Shown here: positions 25,801 to 40,800 of the stretch, one piece after another
Numbering within the stretch: the stretch's first letter is position 1
Layout of the letters: each line of letters opens with the position of its first letter
DNA from: Octopus vulgaris
Taxonomy: Eukaryota
Assembly: GCA_951406725.2 (NCBI GenBank)
Contig: OX597815.1
Location: forward strand, 33,666,001 to 33,730,000
Direction of reading: 5' to 3'
DNA length: 64,000 bases
Made by a program: the position numbers and the translations under genes
The notes under the pieces: model-generated
What the model saw: only the letters and a program-made list of their open reading frames with translations
Told to the model about the DNA's origin: nothing
Databases searched by the model: none

Positions 25801-28800
25801 ACAGATAGTTTGGCAGGCTGTGATGGGTCAGAAGGATGAATTGGGCTCCAATGTCTGCTTTGACAAAGTTTCTATGGCTGGATGCCCTTCCTGATACCAA
25901 ATGCTTTACAGAATGTACTAGGTGCTGGGGGGGGGGGCACCAGCACTAGTGAGGTCATTAACAAGACAAGATTCTTTGGTTGACTGGAGTACAGTATTGA
26001 GGGAGATAGCTTTGTGCCAGGTGTTGAGAAGCTAAAGTATGATATAGAGACAGGAATAGGTGTCTCACTGTGGAGGAGATACATGGCTATCTCAGTGAGG
26101 AAGGATGAAGAAAGGGGCATACTCTCAAGGTACAAGAAAGTGGATAAAAATTGAAAAGTGACAGAATTAAGGATGACTGGGTGGGTAGGTTTGTAAAAAT
26201 GTGAAAAGAGTGACAGCCGATTAAGATAAGAACAGCGGTAAATGCAGTGAATGGTGAACATGGGTGGCAATGTGGTCAGTAGTGAATCTCAGTTTGGGGT
26301 AAGATAAATGAAAAAAGATGTGGGTCAGGGAGGAGGAGATGATAAGTGGAAGTACATTAAAAAGTTGGAGAGGAGAGCAACACTATATTAAAACCATAGG
26401 CAGATGAAAAATAAAGAGATGATGTGAAGTGTATGTAGAAAAGTTTTTATTAAATTTTTATTGTACTACAAACCAGTGTGTGAGTTTGAATGCACACAGT
26501 CACACAATAAATGCTTCTTACTATATATTCACAACAGATATGTTAATGTTTAATCCCAGATCAGCTCTGATCCAGCAGTCCTATGGTTAAAGGTGTTCTA
26601 TGCTTATCTTGGTTTCAGACATAATGTAACTACAAATAGATTTTCAAATTTGTATTTTTTTTTATGCTGTAAATTTTGAAAGATATGGCTGATATAAGGG
26701 GCAACCAAACTAAGTATATCAGGAATAAAATACCAAAAAAACAAAAGCAAAAAAAAATAGGCACAGGCATGGCTGTGTGGTGAGAAGCTTGCTTTCCAGC
26801 CGCATGGTTGCAGATTCATTCTCACTGCATGGCATCTTGGGCAAGTGTCTTCTACTAAAGCCTCAGACTGACCAAAGTTTTATGAGTGAATTTGATAAAT
26901 AGAAACTGAAAGATACACATATATCTATGTGTGTGTTTGTCAAACCCCAACACTTGTTGGTGTCTTTATATCCCCATAACTTAACAGTTTAGCAAAAGAG
27001 ATTGAAAGAATAAGTATCAGGCTTTAAAAAAAACAAGTAATAGAGTCAATTCAACTAACAATTCTTCAAGGTGGTACCCTAGCATGGCTGTAGTCCAATG
27101 ACTGAAACAAGTAAAAGATAAAAAGAAGTTTCCTGTAAAATGCTCCGAAATTTGGGGGTTTTCTATAATCAATACATTAGCTTATAGAACCAGACAGAAA
27201 GTGAATTGATTGTGATTGTCTTGACATAAAGATGAAAGGAACAGTCAGCAAGTTTTAGTGAAAGCATCCAAATGTATCTTACCAAAATAGAATTTTACAT
27301 TGATTTAAAATTCAATAGTTCATTTCTGAAATACAGCAACATATATAAATATGCCCATTCTATATATTTTTGTATCTGATATATAAAATAAATTTTACCA
27401 ATCATAACTAAAATGATAAATGCTTTTGTTTTTAGGTTATACTCAGTTATTTAAGAAAATATTTTTAAAATCGAAAATTTTTAAAATTATTTTTCTGTTT
27501 ATTTTGCAGTAGTGTATAAAAAAAAAAAGATGCTGTAGCCAAATAATTTCCAAATGTTTCTACATTCCTCATTGATTCTCTTTTTATCATCCATATTAAA
27601 CTCTCACTTATGATCCTTTCTAATTTAGTTTCTTAGAAAGATTTCTTTGGTGATATTTTTTATTTTTCATTACATTTATAAAATATAATTCTTTTTTATT
27701 GTATTTATTTATTTATTTTTAAAGTGGATGAAATACTTTCAGTGCAGAGTACTATGTTTTTCAGTATTTTGTTCATAATATCATGCTTAATCATAATTTT
27801 CATAGGTTTCTTTTTGTTACCATACTGGTATAAGTTGGTTGCAACTTCTTGAGGCAGTATTCTATGGTCAGATACCTCTACTGACCTCACCCCTTTCAGG
27901 TTTTTTAAGTGAAGAACTTTATTTTGCACCTTTGAATATCAAACTACTACTGGAAAACATAAGCAAAACTACTACTGCAAAAACAGTATTGATGAGAAGA
28001 GATACAGAAAGAATACGGAGCCATGTATATGACAGGCTTTTGTACAGTTTCTACCAATCAAATTTCATTTGCAAGGCATTAATCAGCCAGAGGTTATAAG
28101 TAGAAGGCATTTGCCCAAGGTGCCATTTGACAGCATGGAACCAAAATCCGCATAGTTGTGAAGTAAACTTCTTAAACACAGAGCTATACTTAAGTATACA
28201 CAATAATAGCCTTTGTCCTCCGATTCAGTTTTATGACAATTCTTGGGTAATATTTTATTATGAAAGGTTTCAGTAAATGTTTGAGTGTTTATGTTTGTTT
28301 AGCTACATATCCTTGTTTCCATTTTTAAAAAACTCTTTACAGTCTATTAATTTCTTTCAAACCCTTTAACATTTAAATTGGTGATATGCAGCCCAAATAT
28401 TCTACCTATCACACTTTCCTTTCAATGTCATTCTAAAAATATTTAATCACATCATCAAAATTTTGAAGCTACAAGATAATGTCTGATTAATTAGAAACAA
28501 TGTGAATAAATAAGCATTACATTTGACAAAGATGTCTAAATGTTAAGGGGTTAAAGGATACAAATTATGTTACTAAATTTACTTTATCCATTGTCACAGA
28601 GATCCTTTTTTTTATAATCTTCGAAAATCTCTAAATAATATTCTCCTTTACACTGCTGTTGTTTAAAATATGGTTCTTACTTTCATTTAATTTTAAATAA
28701 TATTTCAGTATTTTTGGTAAAAAAAAGAAATGTTTTATGGAAACCAGCTGACTACATGATGCTGTTAAAATTCTCTGATTTGCTTGTAGTTATATATGTA

Positions 28801-31800
28801 AAATAACATCTACAATTAAGTGTCCCTTTAAAAAAAAAAAGATTCACTCTTCATTATATTTTTTGTTATTTATTTCACAGGTGTATAATTTTTACAGATT
28901 TAGTCCTTTGATGATATTTTCATGTTTTCCTTCATTTTCTACTTAATACTCTATCATTTCATTTCAGGATGCTGGTGGGTTAGGAATTGGATTCCTTTTG
29001 GGTAACCTTAATGTTAACTGGGCCCTTACATCAGAAGCTTGTAATAAAGCATTACCTAAAACGCCTAATGGGGAAGTAATTATTTTCAAAGGTAAGATAA
29101 TTTATCAACTATAGTTTTGTACACTATTTCTTTCATTATTATTACCATTTTGAGAATAATTTCGCCAAATTTATATCAATTGCATGATAATCTCCAACTC
29201 TAGAAAAGGACAATCATCTCAACTTCTTGTTTTCTCTCATCACTTAATTTTCCATACATTACTTTAACACTTGAAACCATCTGTAATGTACCTCTTAATT
29301 ATTATTAGCTGTCATCTAAATTTCATGTTATATATTGTTATTCTTTTCTAGGATGGCCCAAACTCAATTGGTTTGTTACTGAAAACATGGGTAAACCACC
29401 AAAAGATTGGCAACCCCCTCCAAGAGTTGCAGATAATATTGCTGCCTATGTAGAAGTGAGTATTTTGTACAGTTCTTCAAACTAGCAATAACCAGGACTT
29501 TGGACAAAACTCTAAGTTTGAATACTTTTGCAGTGTACAAATCATTAGTAGTTCTAACAGAAAAACTTCAATATAAAAGACTTTACCGTTAAAAGTATAA
29601 TAGGAATTAACCAACATATTTAGTCATAAAGTGCAAGAAATCCAAATACGAACTCTTTTAGAGTCAGTGGTAATAATAATAGTAATAATGAGCTGGCAGA
29701 ATCGTTAGCACGCCGGGCGAAATGTGTAGCCGTATTTCATCTGCCGTTATGTTCTGGGTTCAAATTCCGCCAAGGTCGACTTTGCCTTTCATCCTTTCGG
29801 GGTCGATAAATTAAGTACCAGTTACGCACTGGGGTCGATGTAATCGACTTAATCCGTTTGTCTGTCCTTGTTTGTCCCCTCTGTGTTTAACCCCTTGTGG
29901 GTAGTAAAGAAATAAGTAATGATTCCTCTTTGCCTTTGATTATATATCAGCAGTTTGTTGCAACTTTATTTCCCAGAGTAACTTAATCATGTCATTACCA
30001 CATTGCCTTGTAAATATATGATGAAACTAGATCCACTGTCAGTTTTCACTAAGAGCATTCAGTTATTCATTAAACTGAACAACCTACTCATTTAAGCTGA
30101 GTATCTTATAGGCAGGTGTTCACTTAACCTAATTTTCAGCCCAAATTAATATGACATAATATATAACAAGCCTAGATCACTGAATTTTAGGACAATCTGA
30201 GAATTAATCATTGGCAGTAAGCCATACTTTATCATAAAATGGTCCAGTGTGGTTGATTATGTATTTGTCATAATTCAGAGGTTTCCAACCATTCTCATGT
30301 AACTGATTTAAATATCAGACATGATTTAGCTATTATAAATCCATATCATATTGCATTTTCAACCAGTAGCACTTCAAGTAACACATTTGTTTCATATGGG
30401 GCTATTCCCCAATTATTTTCATGCAGTTGAGTCAAAATTTTACTTCGTAATATTTTCAGAATTACTTTGGGAAAATTGGACTACAAAATTAATGAATTCC
30501 TATGATAACTAACACTTCTCATTTTGCCAATACTTTCTTAAATTTTTAGTTTTTCTGGCTATAAAAGTAATATAGATACATGGCTTCATATGTGATTTTG
30601 TTCCTTTCATACTAACTGGCAAACTTTGAAAACCTTCGATAATTTGATGTATTTCAAATTTAGACAGAATATGATTTTTATGACTTCTTCAAAATTGTAA
30701 TCTGTTTTTATAATGCTGCAGTATGTTCATGTTACTTCAAAGTTTTATATATTAAACTGAATATTTATATGAGGGCAATAGAATTACCCAAATGTTATAG
30801 TCATTGGCACATAAGAACCAATAATCAGATGATAATATTGGTACTAGCAGCTTGTAATTAGGGATTTATTCAAAATGTCTTCTCTGAGGGAATCAAATAA
30901 AGTTATGAAAATCAAATATAGTAGATAACCCCTTTTTCTCTATTTGCAAATATCATTTTTGATATGTATTAAGTATTTTAGATGCATGGATGATCAATTC
31001 CATTTTCACACTGAAACAAAAATATTCCACTTCCAACTGGTGATACATCTACTATCACAATTAGTGGCAAATGTTCATTGTAGTGAACTTTGGCATTCAG
31101 CTTCCAAAAAGCAATGATTGTAGATCATTCAGTTCCAGTGTATAATTCTGTACTTTGCATTCCAATTCATTTACCAAATTTGGCTTTTGACAATAGAAAT
31201 GGTCTGGCTGGCCTGTCAATAACTCAATTTTTCATTTGGGCTTTGTCAAATTGTGCATTTTTATACAGTGACCTTAGCCAGGTGAAAATATATCCGAATA
31301 TTTAGTGCATAAATCATTGATTTTATTTTTGGTGAGTGCACATAGCAAGACATATTAAATACTTTTAACCAATTCATTCTGAATAAGTTTTAATCTATTT
31401 CAGAATCTACAGCAAAAGCTTCTTAAATTTTGTGGTATTTCTAATTTCTATATTTAATAGGCATTTTCATTTAACTGCAATATTTTTATTGCAATAAACA
31501 TTTAATTTTATCAATACAAGTTCTAATGGTAGAGATCCAATATTTTATATGTACTTAAATGAAAGATCTAATGGCACTGGTATCTAATTCTGATTAATCA
31601 ATTTGTTATTGATTTATGTTGAAATAACATTTTTTTCTGATTTCTTCTTACAATTTTTTTAATACATCACATTAGCTTCAATATTTAATTCATTTGATTG
31701 GTATGTACTACTGACAGAATTATTTTCATGACAATTAGAATTTTTCTGTTAAGCTCAATAAATATTTGCAAATTTGAAATTGCTACCTATAATTTTCATT

Positions 31801-34800
31801 TGATCCCATTTAATGCATTCACTAAATGACCAGCTTGCCATCTGAATTACACTTTTTTTATCCTTCTGTGAAAGAGATTTTTGTTATCTAACTTTTTACA
31901 CAACTTTGCCTTTGAAATTCTAAATTTTTTATCATTTTGAATATAATTTGACAAACTTGGAGAAATATTGTATTATGTCACTGTACCACCAAATAGTTGT
32001 TGAGTGTCTTTAGCATGAATAGTAGATTTTATAACTTTTTATACAATACATCATTAAGTAATAGATTTTTGTCATGCAGATAAAACACATTACATTTCTT
32101 AATGTCATGTAAATGTGAAGTGCGATAAGGTACAAAAGAATCAACAATTTAGAATGCATTGTTTCTGAATTTACGATCTCATGCTAATAGCCTCATCTCA
32201 ATCATATAATTTACCAGTCTTCATTACATATTGGTGAAATTTATTAGACACAATTAGAATTTGTAAATGTTTCTTGAGTATCAAGTGAGAACTGCCAACA
32301 GTCTCAGTCCTATGTTGTTGAATATTTCTTTAGTCCGCTGACACCACAAGCTTTCAAATTTACTAATTTTTCTCTCTTCATTTTGTTTGTTTCAGTATAC
32401 TACAAGTAAAGATGGGAGTACCGTTGGTGTGACTGTGGCACAGAGTACTATGCTATGTCATTGTCGGACACTTACTGTCGCATGTAACTACACAGAAGGT
32501 AATATTTCATTTTAAACTAATTACTAATTTTTTACTTCTCCATTATCAACAATATTCATTGTCTTACATATTATTCTGTATTTCAGTATCATTGTTTCTT
32601 AAATCAAAAATATCTTCAAAATATAAAAAGAAAGAGTATGGTATCAAAAGATTTTGCAGATAATTTTTCCTATAATAAACTTATGGTCTAACCCTCCACA
32701 TAACAAAACCTTGTTGACCAATTCTAAAAACCAATGATTCATTTGCTACTCAAAATGAACTAGTAACCTTCTTGCTGTGTTATGTTTTACCTTTCAAAAG
32801 TGTATATTTTATATCTGCTTTGATAATATATTAATTAGATGTGGTAATATTGTGACGTTACTCAGTATGTGGTGATTAAATTATTAGTTTTTCAGATAAC
32901 ATCAAACACTTTTTTTTCTAGTTTAAGTGTATACTTGAAAACATTACTTTAATGAACATTAAAAGTATCTTGTACATTTAAAGTTATGTATTTTTGCAGG
33001 AGTTTGACAAAAATCTCAAGCATTATAGAGAAAGATGGATAAAAAATATACTTAAAGCAACTTAATATAATTGTCTTCATTGGCATAAATTGAATAGTTT
33101 TGGATATTTCATTGGCACTGTAGGAGCAATGTTATATAAATGGTACTATGGTTTTGTTGTAGCAGATAGTGTTCCCCATGAGTCAGAACATGATGTAATT
33201 CTTGAGGGGAACTTTCATTCTTTTGGATAGCCAATAGTTACCCAGGATATGTTTATTATTTAATCGTACCAAATATAGAATTTCAGAAAAACTTCAAATT
33301 TCTTACTTAGGTTTTATTGATTTTGACCTTTAAAAAGGTATTATAATCTCATTTTTAATATATGCTTGTCTTTTGCTGTATGCATATGTAGATAAACATA
33401 TATAGTAATAACATTATTTAGCTACTTCCAAGAAAGCATAGGGTATTCAATAGTAAGTTATTAGTTTCTTGCTATGAGTCAAGTAAAGAAGCTGCCTCTA
33501 TGGGTGCTGAGGAATCTTTTATTAGGTCTGTTTGTTTGTCATGTGCTGTACATGTGTTTCTTTCTGATTTGTTTTTAATTTAAACAAATTTTCTGAAGGC
33601 ATGTGGCCTAATGGTTAAGATCTTGGGTTCACAATCATAAGGTTATGGGTTGGATTTTTGGACCAGGCAGTGCATCTTGTCTTTGAGCAATACACTTCAT
33701 TTCATATTGCTCCAATCTGTTCACCAGCTGAAAATGAATACCAGCCTTGTACTGATGCAGCCTTCTCTCCCTCTAGCTGTCACATCTTCAGTGGGCCCCA
33801 GTGGGGTGTCAAGGGTAGAAGGATGTCTGTGTCTGCTCAGGACCATGTAGAAAACATGGTACAAGCTAAGTCATTTTTTCTTGTGCTTTGGTTTTTAAAC
33901 AAATCTGATAAAGCATTCTCACCACCCATAAAAATTAACTTCTACCAATGAGAAACTTCATCATCATCATTTATTGTTCATTTTCCATGCTGGTATGGGT
34001 TGGATAGTTTGACATGGGCTGGTAAAGCCATGGCCACACCAGTCTCCACTATCTGTTTTGGAATGATTTCTATGGCTGGATGCCCTTCCTAATGCTAGCC
34101 ACTTTACTGGATGTTTTTTCATGTGGCACTCAGTTTTAAATATATACATACACACACATAAATGTGTGTGCTTGTTGTATATGTGTGTGTATGATTACAT
34201 GTATTATATTTTGTTTGACTCTTTTTCTTATGTTTGTTATAGGAGAAGTAATGGTCTGTGTATTAGACTTCAAACGTGATGTTGGTCTCTGGCATGGCAT
34301 ATTGTGTGTAAGTATTATTTTGTTTGAGAATTTACGTTTTTTAAACTGTTAACTAAAATTGTACAATTGTATTTATAGTAAAGCTGTTTCTTGTGAAAAA
34401 TAAATTAGCTTTGCTTTTTTTCATATATGTTAAAAATAATGTAAACATTTCATACATTTAGTTTCAACTGAATGCTATTATGTATGTGTCTTTTTTTCTC
34501 CCATCCTAACACTTTATATTTCTGTGTAACTATTCCAGAGTGTTTTTAACGGAATGCATGTGATTTTCATTCCTTATTCTTTGATGAAAGTTGACCCAGC
34601 ATCCTGGATGAAGATGGTGACAAAATACAAAGGTATTTACGTTAATATGAAACACTGAATTGCAGACTCAATATAGACATTTTTTTAGACTAACCATATT
34701 TTAGTTTCAATTTAGAATATATTTTCAGTTTATCAGACAATTTCTAAGTGGGTTTTTTTTTTACCATTATTCTTTTCATATTATTCAAGGGTAAAACATT

Positions 34801-37800
34801 AAACTTATATTACTAATACTTTCTTAAAGAATCAACATTATATTTTTCCATTTAACAATTTTTTCTTCATTATTAATTTAGAACTTAATATAAGTACTCT
34901 ATTTTCATATATTTTACAACTTCAGTTCTGTATCAATATTGCTTCTCTTTCAATATCTGTCAATCATCATAGTTTTTGCTCGCTAAAACTTGACATGATC
35001 TTTTCTGTCCTGCCCTTCTTGTAAAGCTGAAAATATTCTATGCTTACATATTTTCAGAGGATTTTTTTCTTTTAGTTGGCTTATTAGACTAGTTCTGAAC
35101 AGTTATTCCATAGAAAATTTCATGACTTATATACTTTTACATGTAGCTCTAAGCCAAATTTACTGTTATTCAAAATATTTTTTTCTTTAAATTATTTTCA
35201 CCTTGTTTATTATCATCAATGTGTTTTGAACTTTATTTCAGCTGCTGTGGCTGTAGTGAAATCACGTGATATGCATTGGGGCTTGTTAGCTCAAAAAGAT
35301 CACAAAGATGTAAACTTTAATACTCTTCGTATGCTGCTGGTCGCTGATGGTGCCAATCCTTGTAAGCTATAATTCAATTTTTGTTGATATGACATTGTCT
35401 TAAATCAATATACAAGCATATATTCATACATAAAAGCAAGAAATTTAAGTTACTCATCTTATTTCACTCAGACAGTTTGAATGAAGACTCATGGAATTGA
35501 TGCACTTGTGTGTGTATATATACATTTGTGTTGTATATGCACACACACACACACACTTCCACATAGCAATTCAATCAACAAGGCATTGGTTGGCTCAAGG
35601 TTCTTATCCAGGATGACTTGCTCAAAGCTTCATGTAGTGGAACTGAATCTGAAATCATATGATTGTTAAGCAAACTTCATAACTACACAGTCATGAATGA
35701 TCTTCATCATCAGTTAAGGTACCAATATACAAATATATACAAAATCAGAGAAAATGGAAATATTGATGCAAGACCCATAGTACCAGCTAAAGACTATTTC
35801 GAAGAATCAGTATCCAGTAACCCAGGGCTTATTAGTAATGTCATTATTAGAAATCTTCTAATTAGTGTTTGGTTCAGGCTTGAAATAGAGATTCACAGCT
35901 AAACAGTTTTAGGAATGAGTGGCCTTAAATAAAAGTTATTATTGTGTTTATTTGCATATAATATATAGTTGTGTATATGTACCACTAAGTATGGGCAGTC
36001 AAATCTTCAATCAATCTTCAGATCTTCGAATCTCAAGTATAATACACACTAATCTTTCTTTATTATTATGATGCGGGTGAGGAATAGTTCATACTGTTCA
36101 CAGGCAACAAAGTTTGTGTGTTCTTGATACACACTCCTGACAATTTTTAGCATGCATAATTTTGGATTATGCATTGTACATTCAGGTTTTGGTAATTTTA
36201 TTTTTATGCAATATATTTATCTCTTAATATGAAAATCATTTTATAAAATTTAAGGAAATATTTCTATGTAAATTGCATATATATTAAATGATATATGTAT
36301 GGTAAATGCTAACTTGACTGGATGGTCACAGCAAGAACAGCTTTATGTTATTTCTTATAAGTTTATGCAAATGAATAAAATTTTAAGAACATAATGTTTT
36401 TGGAGCAGAATATATACAAACTAAAGCATGTGCTTGCATATATACACAAAGTAAAGTGTGTTGCAGTCTACAAACAGAAACTAAGTACATTTCATCCTTC
36501 TGCTGTTTCTGTTTTGAGTTGTATGTATTACTTATGAATTTTTTCGATATGTTAGTGAAATAGGATATAACTTTGATTACTGCTGTTTCTGACATAAGTA
36601 TACTTAAGAAATATGAGGTAGAGTAAAAAATTATACACACTTTTGTTTTATCAATGTATTTACACAAAACGGGATAAACAAGTACATCATTTTTCTATAC
36701 AGTCTCCTTTGTTTTCAATGCACTTGGTCCAGCAGTCCACAAGCTTGCATATTCCCTCTCAGAAGAAGGTTTCCAGTTGGTCATGCAACTATTTATGCAC
36801 TGCTTCCTTCACATCTTCACCTGTAGGAAATCGACAACATTATAAACCATCCTTGAACAGTCCTAAGATATGATAGTTGGAAGGAGTGAGATCTAGGCTG
36901 TAGGCAGAGTGTTCCAGCACCTCAAAACCCAATTGGTTAATGGTTTCAACAGCCTGGGCGGCCATGTGTGGGCGTGCATTGTCATGCAACAACAAAACTT
37001 TCTTCAACAATAGGCTTCAGCATTTGGTGCGAATTGCTGGCTTCAGTTGGCCAGCAAAGCACTGTATCATGCACTGTTGATCATACACCCCTTTTTTGGG
37101 TAGTCTTCCATTATAGGCCCTTTTGGGTCCCCAAAAAAGGTTAGCATCATCTTTCCTGCGTAAGATTGTCTTGAATTTCTTCGTCACTGGTGAGCCAGGA
37201 TGTTTCCACTCCATACTCTGCCCTTTGGATTCTGCCATCCTAATGATGGACTCACGTTTCATCTTCTATGACTATTCTGCTCAAAAATTCCTCACCCTTT
37301 AGCAATGGAGTAAACATTAGCAGACCTCAAGACATTTGCTCTTGGGCTCTGCAGTAAGCTCCCTTGGCACCCATCTTGCACAGACATTATGGAAGCCAAG
37401 CTTGTCGTGAATTATTTGATAGGCAGAACCATGTCTAATCTGCAGAGAACAAGCTACCTCATTGATGATAACTCGCTAGTTCACCATTACCATCTCCTGA
37501 GCTTGCTGAATCTTCTCATCAGTCGTGGAGATTGATAGGCATTCTGACTCACCTTCCAACCAGAAAAATTAGATCCACTGCTCTTTGTTCTTCTTTGGTG
37601 CACATTGCTAGCGGAACAGCCATGCTTACACTATAAAACCAAAAATGGCACGACCAGGCTCAGATTTTGTTTGTGTGACCAAAATAGTACTAGCTATAAG
37701 CATGCATGCATAGAAGGCAGTGTGTCAATAATAAAGATATGTTATGGCAAAAGAATTTTTTACTCCCCCTTGTATAATGCACATTTACTGTTTTATCCTT

Positions 37801-40800
37801 ATCAAAGACTTAGTCTTAATTACACATCAGTTAGCTTGAACATTTATACCATTCTAAATATGGCCATTAATTTGCTCTTGGGTAAATGGGTAACACTTAT
37901 TTCTAGTATATTCTGTACATCTCTAATTTCTAGGTTTAAAAGTTTAGGACCAAGTGTGTTTTGTACTCAAATGTGATAACAGAGGAGTGAGTGCAGTGAG
38001 TAAATTCAAGTGGGATGAGAGAGTGCAATGTCCATTGCTTGCACAAATTCTTCACATAATGTAGTTTACATTATTTTTGTGTTCTAATAATTATAATAAT
38101 AATTATTTTATTATATCTTACACTAAGTTTAATTTTTCTTCCAAAAGGGTCTCTAACCTCCTGTGATTCTTTCCTGAGTGTATTCCAATCAAAAGGTTTG
38201 AAACCTGAGAGTATTTGTCCATGTGCTGGATCTTGTGAAGCTCTTACTGTATCAGTTCGAAGGTAAGCTAAGGTTTAACATCTGTCATGGATTTCATTTC
38301 TTTCTTACAGCTCTGATAGTGTTAGCTATCTTCTCTTGAATCAGTTTCTTTACTTTAAAGTCTTTTTCGATTTCCTTTGCCTGATTTTACAGAGAGAGAG
38401 AGAGAGAAAAAGACTTTATTCTAACAGATAATGTTATGTAATATTACAAATTTTATAAGGTTTCAGTATTGTAGTTTCAGTGGATTAAAACAAAACAACA
38501 AATATCTATTGTAGACCTGGAAAAACAGGAAGCACTACTTCTGGCCGAGGTATCCTGTCAATGCAAGGCCTGAGTTTTGGAGTAGTTAGAGTTGATAGTG
38601 AGAACAGCCTGACATCTCTTACACTACAGGACTGTGGCCAGGTTATGCCTGGTGGTAAGTAACTTTAAAATTTTCTGCTTTTATTTTGTTTTCGATAAAG
38701 TTTAATTAATTTAGAGATAGAGGGAGGGATAAGGAAAATCCAGGGATAACTCGAAATAGTTACACTTGAGGAAAATAGGTATTATGGATGAAATGGAAAA
38801 AGAAAACTCTTATAGACTGTTCTAATTCACAGAAATTTTGAAGAGTAAACATCATTATGTAGGAGCGTACATATATTTTCCAAACTGTCTCATATCAGCA
38901 TCCTTTTCTCCATCAGTCTCCAGCTATTTCTCTTTAAATAAGCTTTCTTTGTCATCTGCCTTAAGTTCTAACCATTTCTACGTATAGTGTATATTCTCTT
39001 ATCTTACTCTTGTATAGTCCTTATCTGATATAATTATATCATACTTCTAATTTATTCTTACATAACTAATCTCCCTTCTAATCCATCCAAACTAATTCTC
39101 TTTAGCTAGTTCTAGTAAGTGGGCTGTGGCTACTACCATCTCTGTTATTTGTATTAAATTCAAAAATGAAAAGAATTGTGCTAATGAAGGATGTGTCACT
39201 TTTTTGAGGTCATTTGTATGAATTTAGAAAAAAATGCATAACTCATTGAAGAAAAACTATATTTTAAAACAAATTGATACAAATAATCTTGAGAATCCTT
39301 TTATCACACCTATTCAATGAATCCACCATTAGTATCAATGGCTGCTTCAATACAGGGTTAGAAGCATTAACATGCCTGAATCAGATGATCTTAACAATTT
39401 TTGACATGATGCTGGTTATGGCAGACTTGAGAGATTGTATGGTGCTATGGGGTTGTTGATTGACCTCTCTCTTGACTATGCCCTACATGTAATAGTCCAC
39501 TGGACTGAGGTCAAGTGAGATAGGAGGCCATGTTTCTGGGAGAATTTGATCAAGGAGATAGGCATGCATCCACATTTGGAAGGTCCTTGTACAGTTTTCT
39601 GTTGCGTATTCTATCTGTCCAGGGCCTCACAATTTTTTCCAACACCTGTGTAGACAGCAATATTGATTCTTATGCCCTGTGGAAAAATTGACAAGTCATG
39701 ACATCTCTCGTTGCTGATAACTCCCGGGACCTTCACAGTTGCTGGGAACTTAATATGCAAGACTGTTGGAGCCTCATTTGGGTCTCCTCAAAAAAACTGA
39801 CACCCTTTGTAGTTGTGCACTTTTTCAAACTAGATGTTAAATGCTATCTGAAAAAAGGTATCCATCTACATAGCTTTAACCATTTTAACTATTTGTATAT
39901 CTGGGTCCTCTAGTTTTATAATGCTGTTGCCTTTACTTTTCCTCATGATTTTATCTGTTTTAAGTATTAGCATAGTCCTCTTATAAAAAGTAAATTCCTC
40001 TCCTTATCATCACCTGTATGCAGAGATTATTTTTTTTATTCATTACTCCAAAATTAAATTCCATTTCATTACTGAAATTACAATATACATTAGAGAAAGT
40101 ATACTAAATAAAATAATTAAAAATTACTTTTATTTTCATTTTACAACACTTCAGTAATTTCTGATATTCATGGAAGTAGTAGTTCATTATGTTGAATTAG
40201 AGAGAAATATTCTTAATATACAGCTAACAAATATCTATTTTCTCTCTTTCCTGCAGCTGTTATGGTGGTTATAAAAACTGAGGGGCTACCCTACTTATGT
40301 AAAACAGATGAAGTTGGTGAACTCTGTGTATATGCTGGGTACACTGGAGGTAGCTATTGGGGGCTGCAAGGACTCAGCAGTAATACATTCCAGGTGAGGT
40401 ATTGCTTTCTTCAATTTTATCTTTAAATTTTTATCTTAATATTTAAATGTCCATTATCTCAGAGTAACCTATTTCAGTTATTAAATTGATCTGTAATATA
40501 GCAATTCTCGGATCTCAGTTGTGTGTTCATGTAATCTTGAACATTGCTGATAAGAATATGGTCTTCATATTTTGTATTGAAGTACTTTTGTATTGTCTTT
40601 TAGAATGTGATTAAATTTTCTATCAAATATCATTTGAAAGTATAGCAAGTAGAGTAAAGGCAGTAAATGTTCAAGAAGCTTTTAACTCAGCTGGCAACAG
40701 ATGGATTCCTTCTCCAAATGAGGGCAGATTGTATAGTGTTTGTGTACAGAGTACAATGATGCATGATAGAAAAATATGCATATTGAATGTGGAGGATTTG

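Noticed and set aside
25872-26270. 132-aa minus-strand ORF
   Set aside because: Overlaps an RTE tail and adjacent repeat-like sequence; no recognisable domain or splice structure
28881-28967. Upstream acceptor tttcacag| extending exon w6 by 87 nt
   Set aside because: In-frame TAA before the exon; no other support
37017-37262. ORF as an independent or domesticated gene
   Set aside because: Frameshifted fragment of the dead mariner transposase
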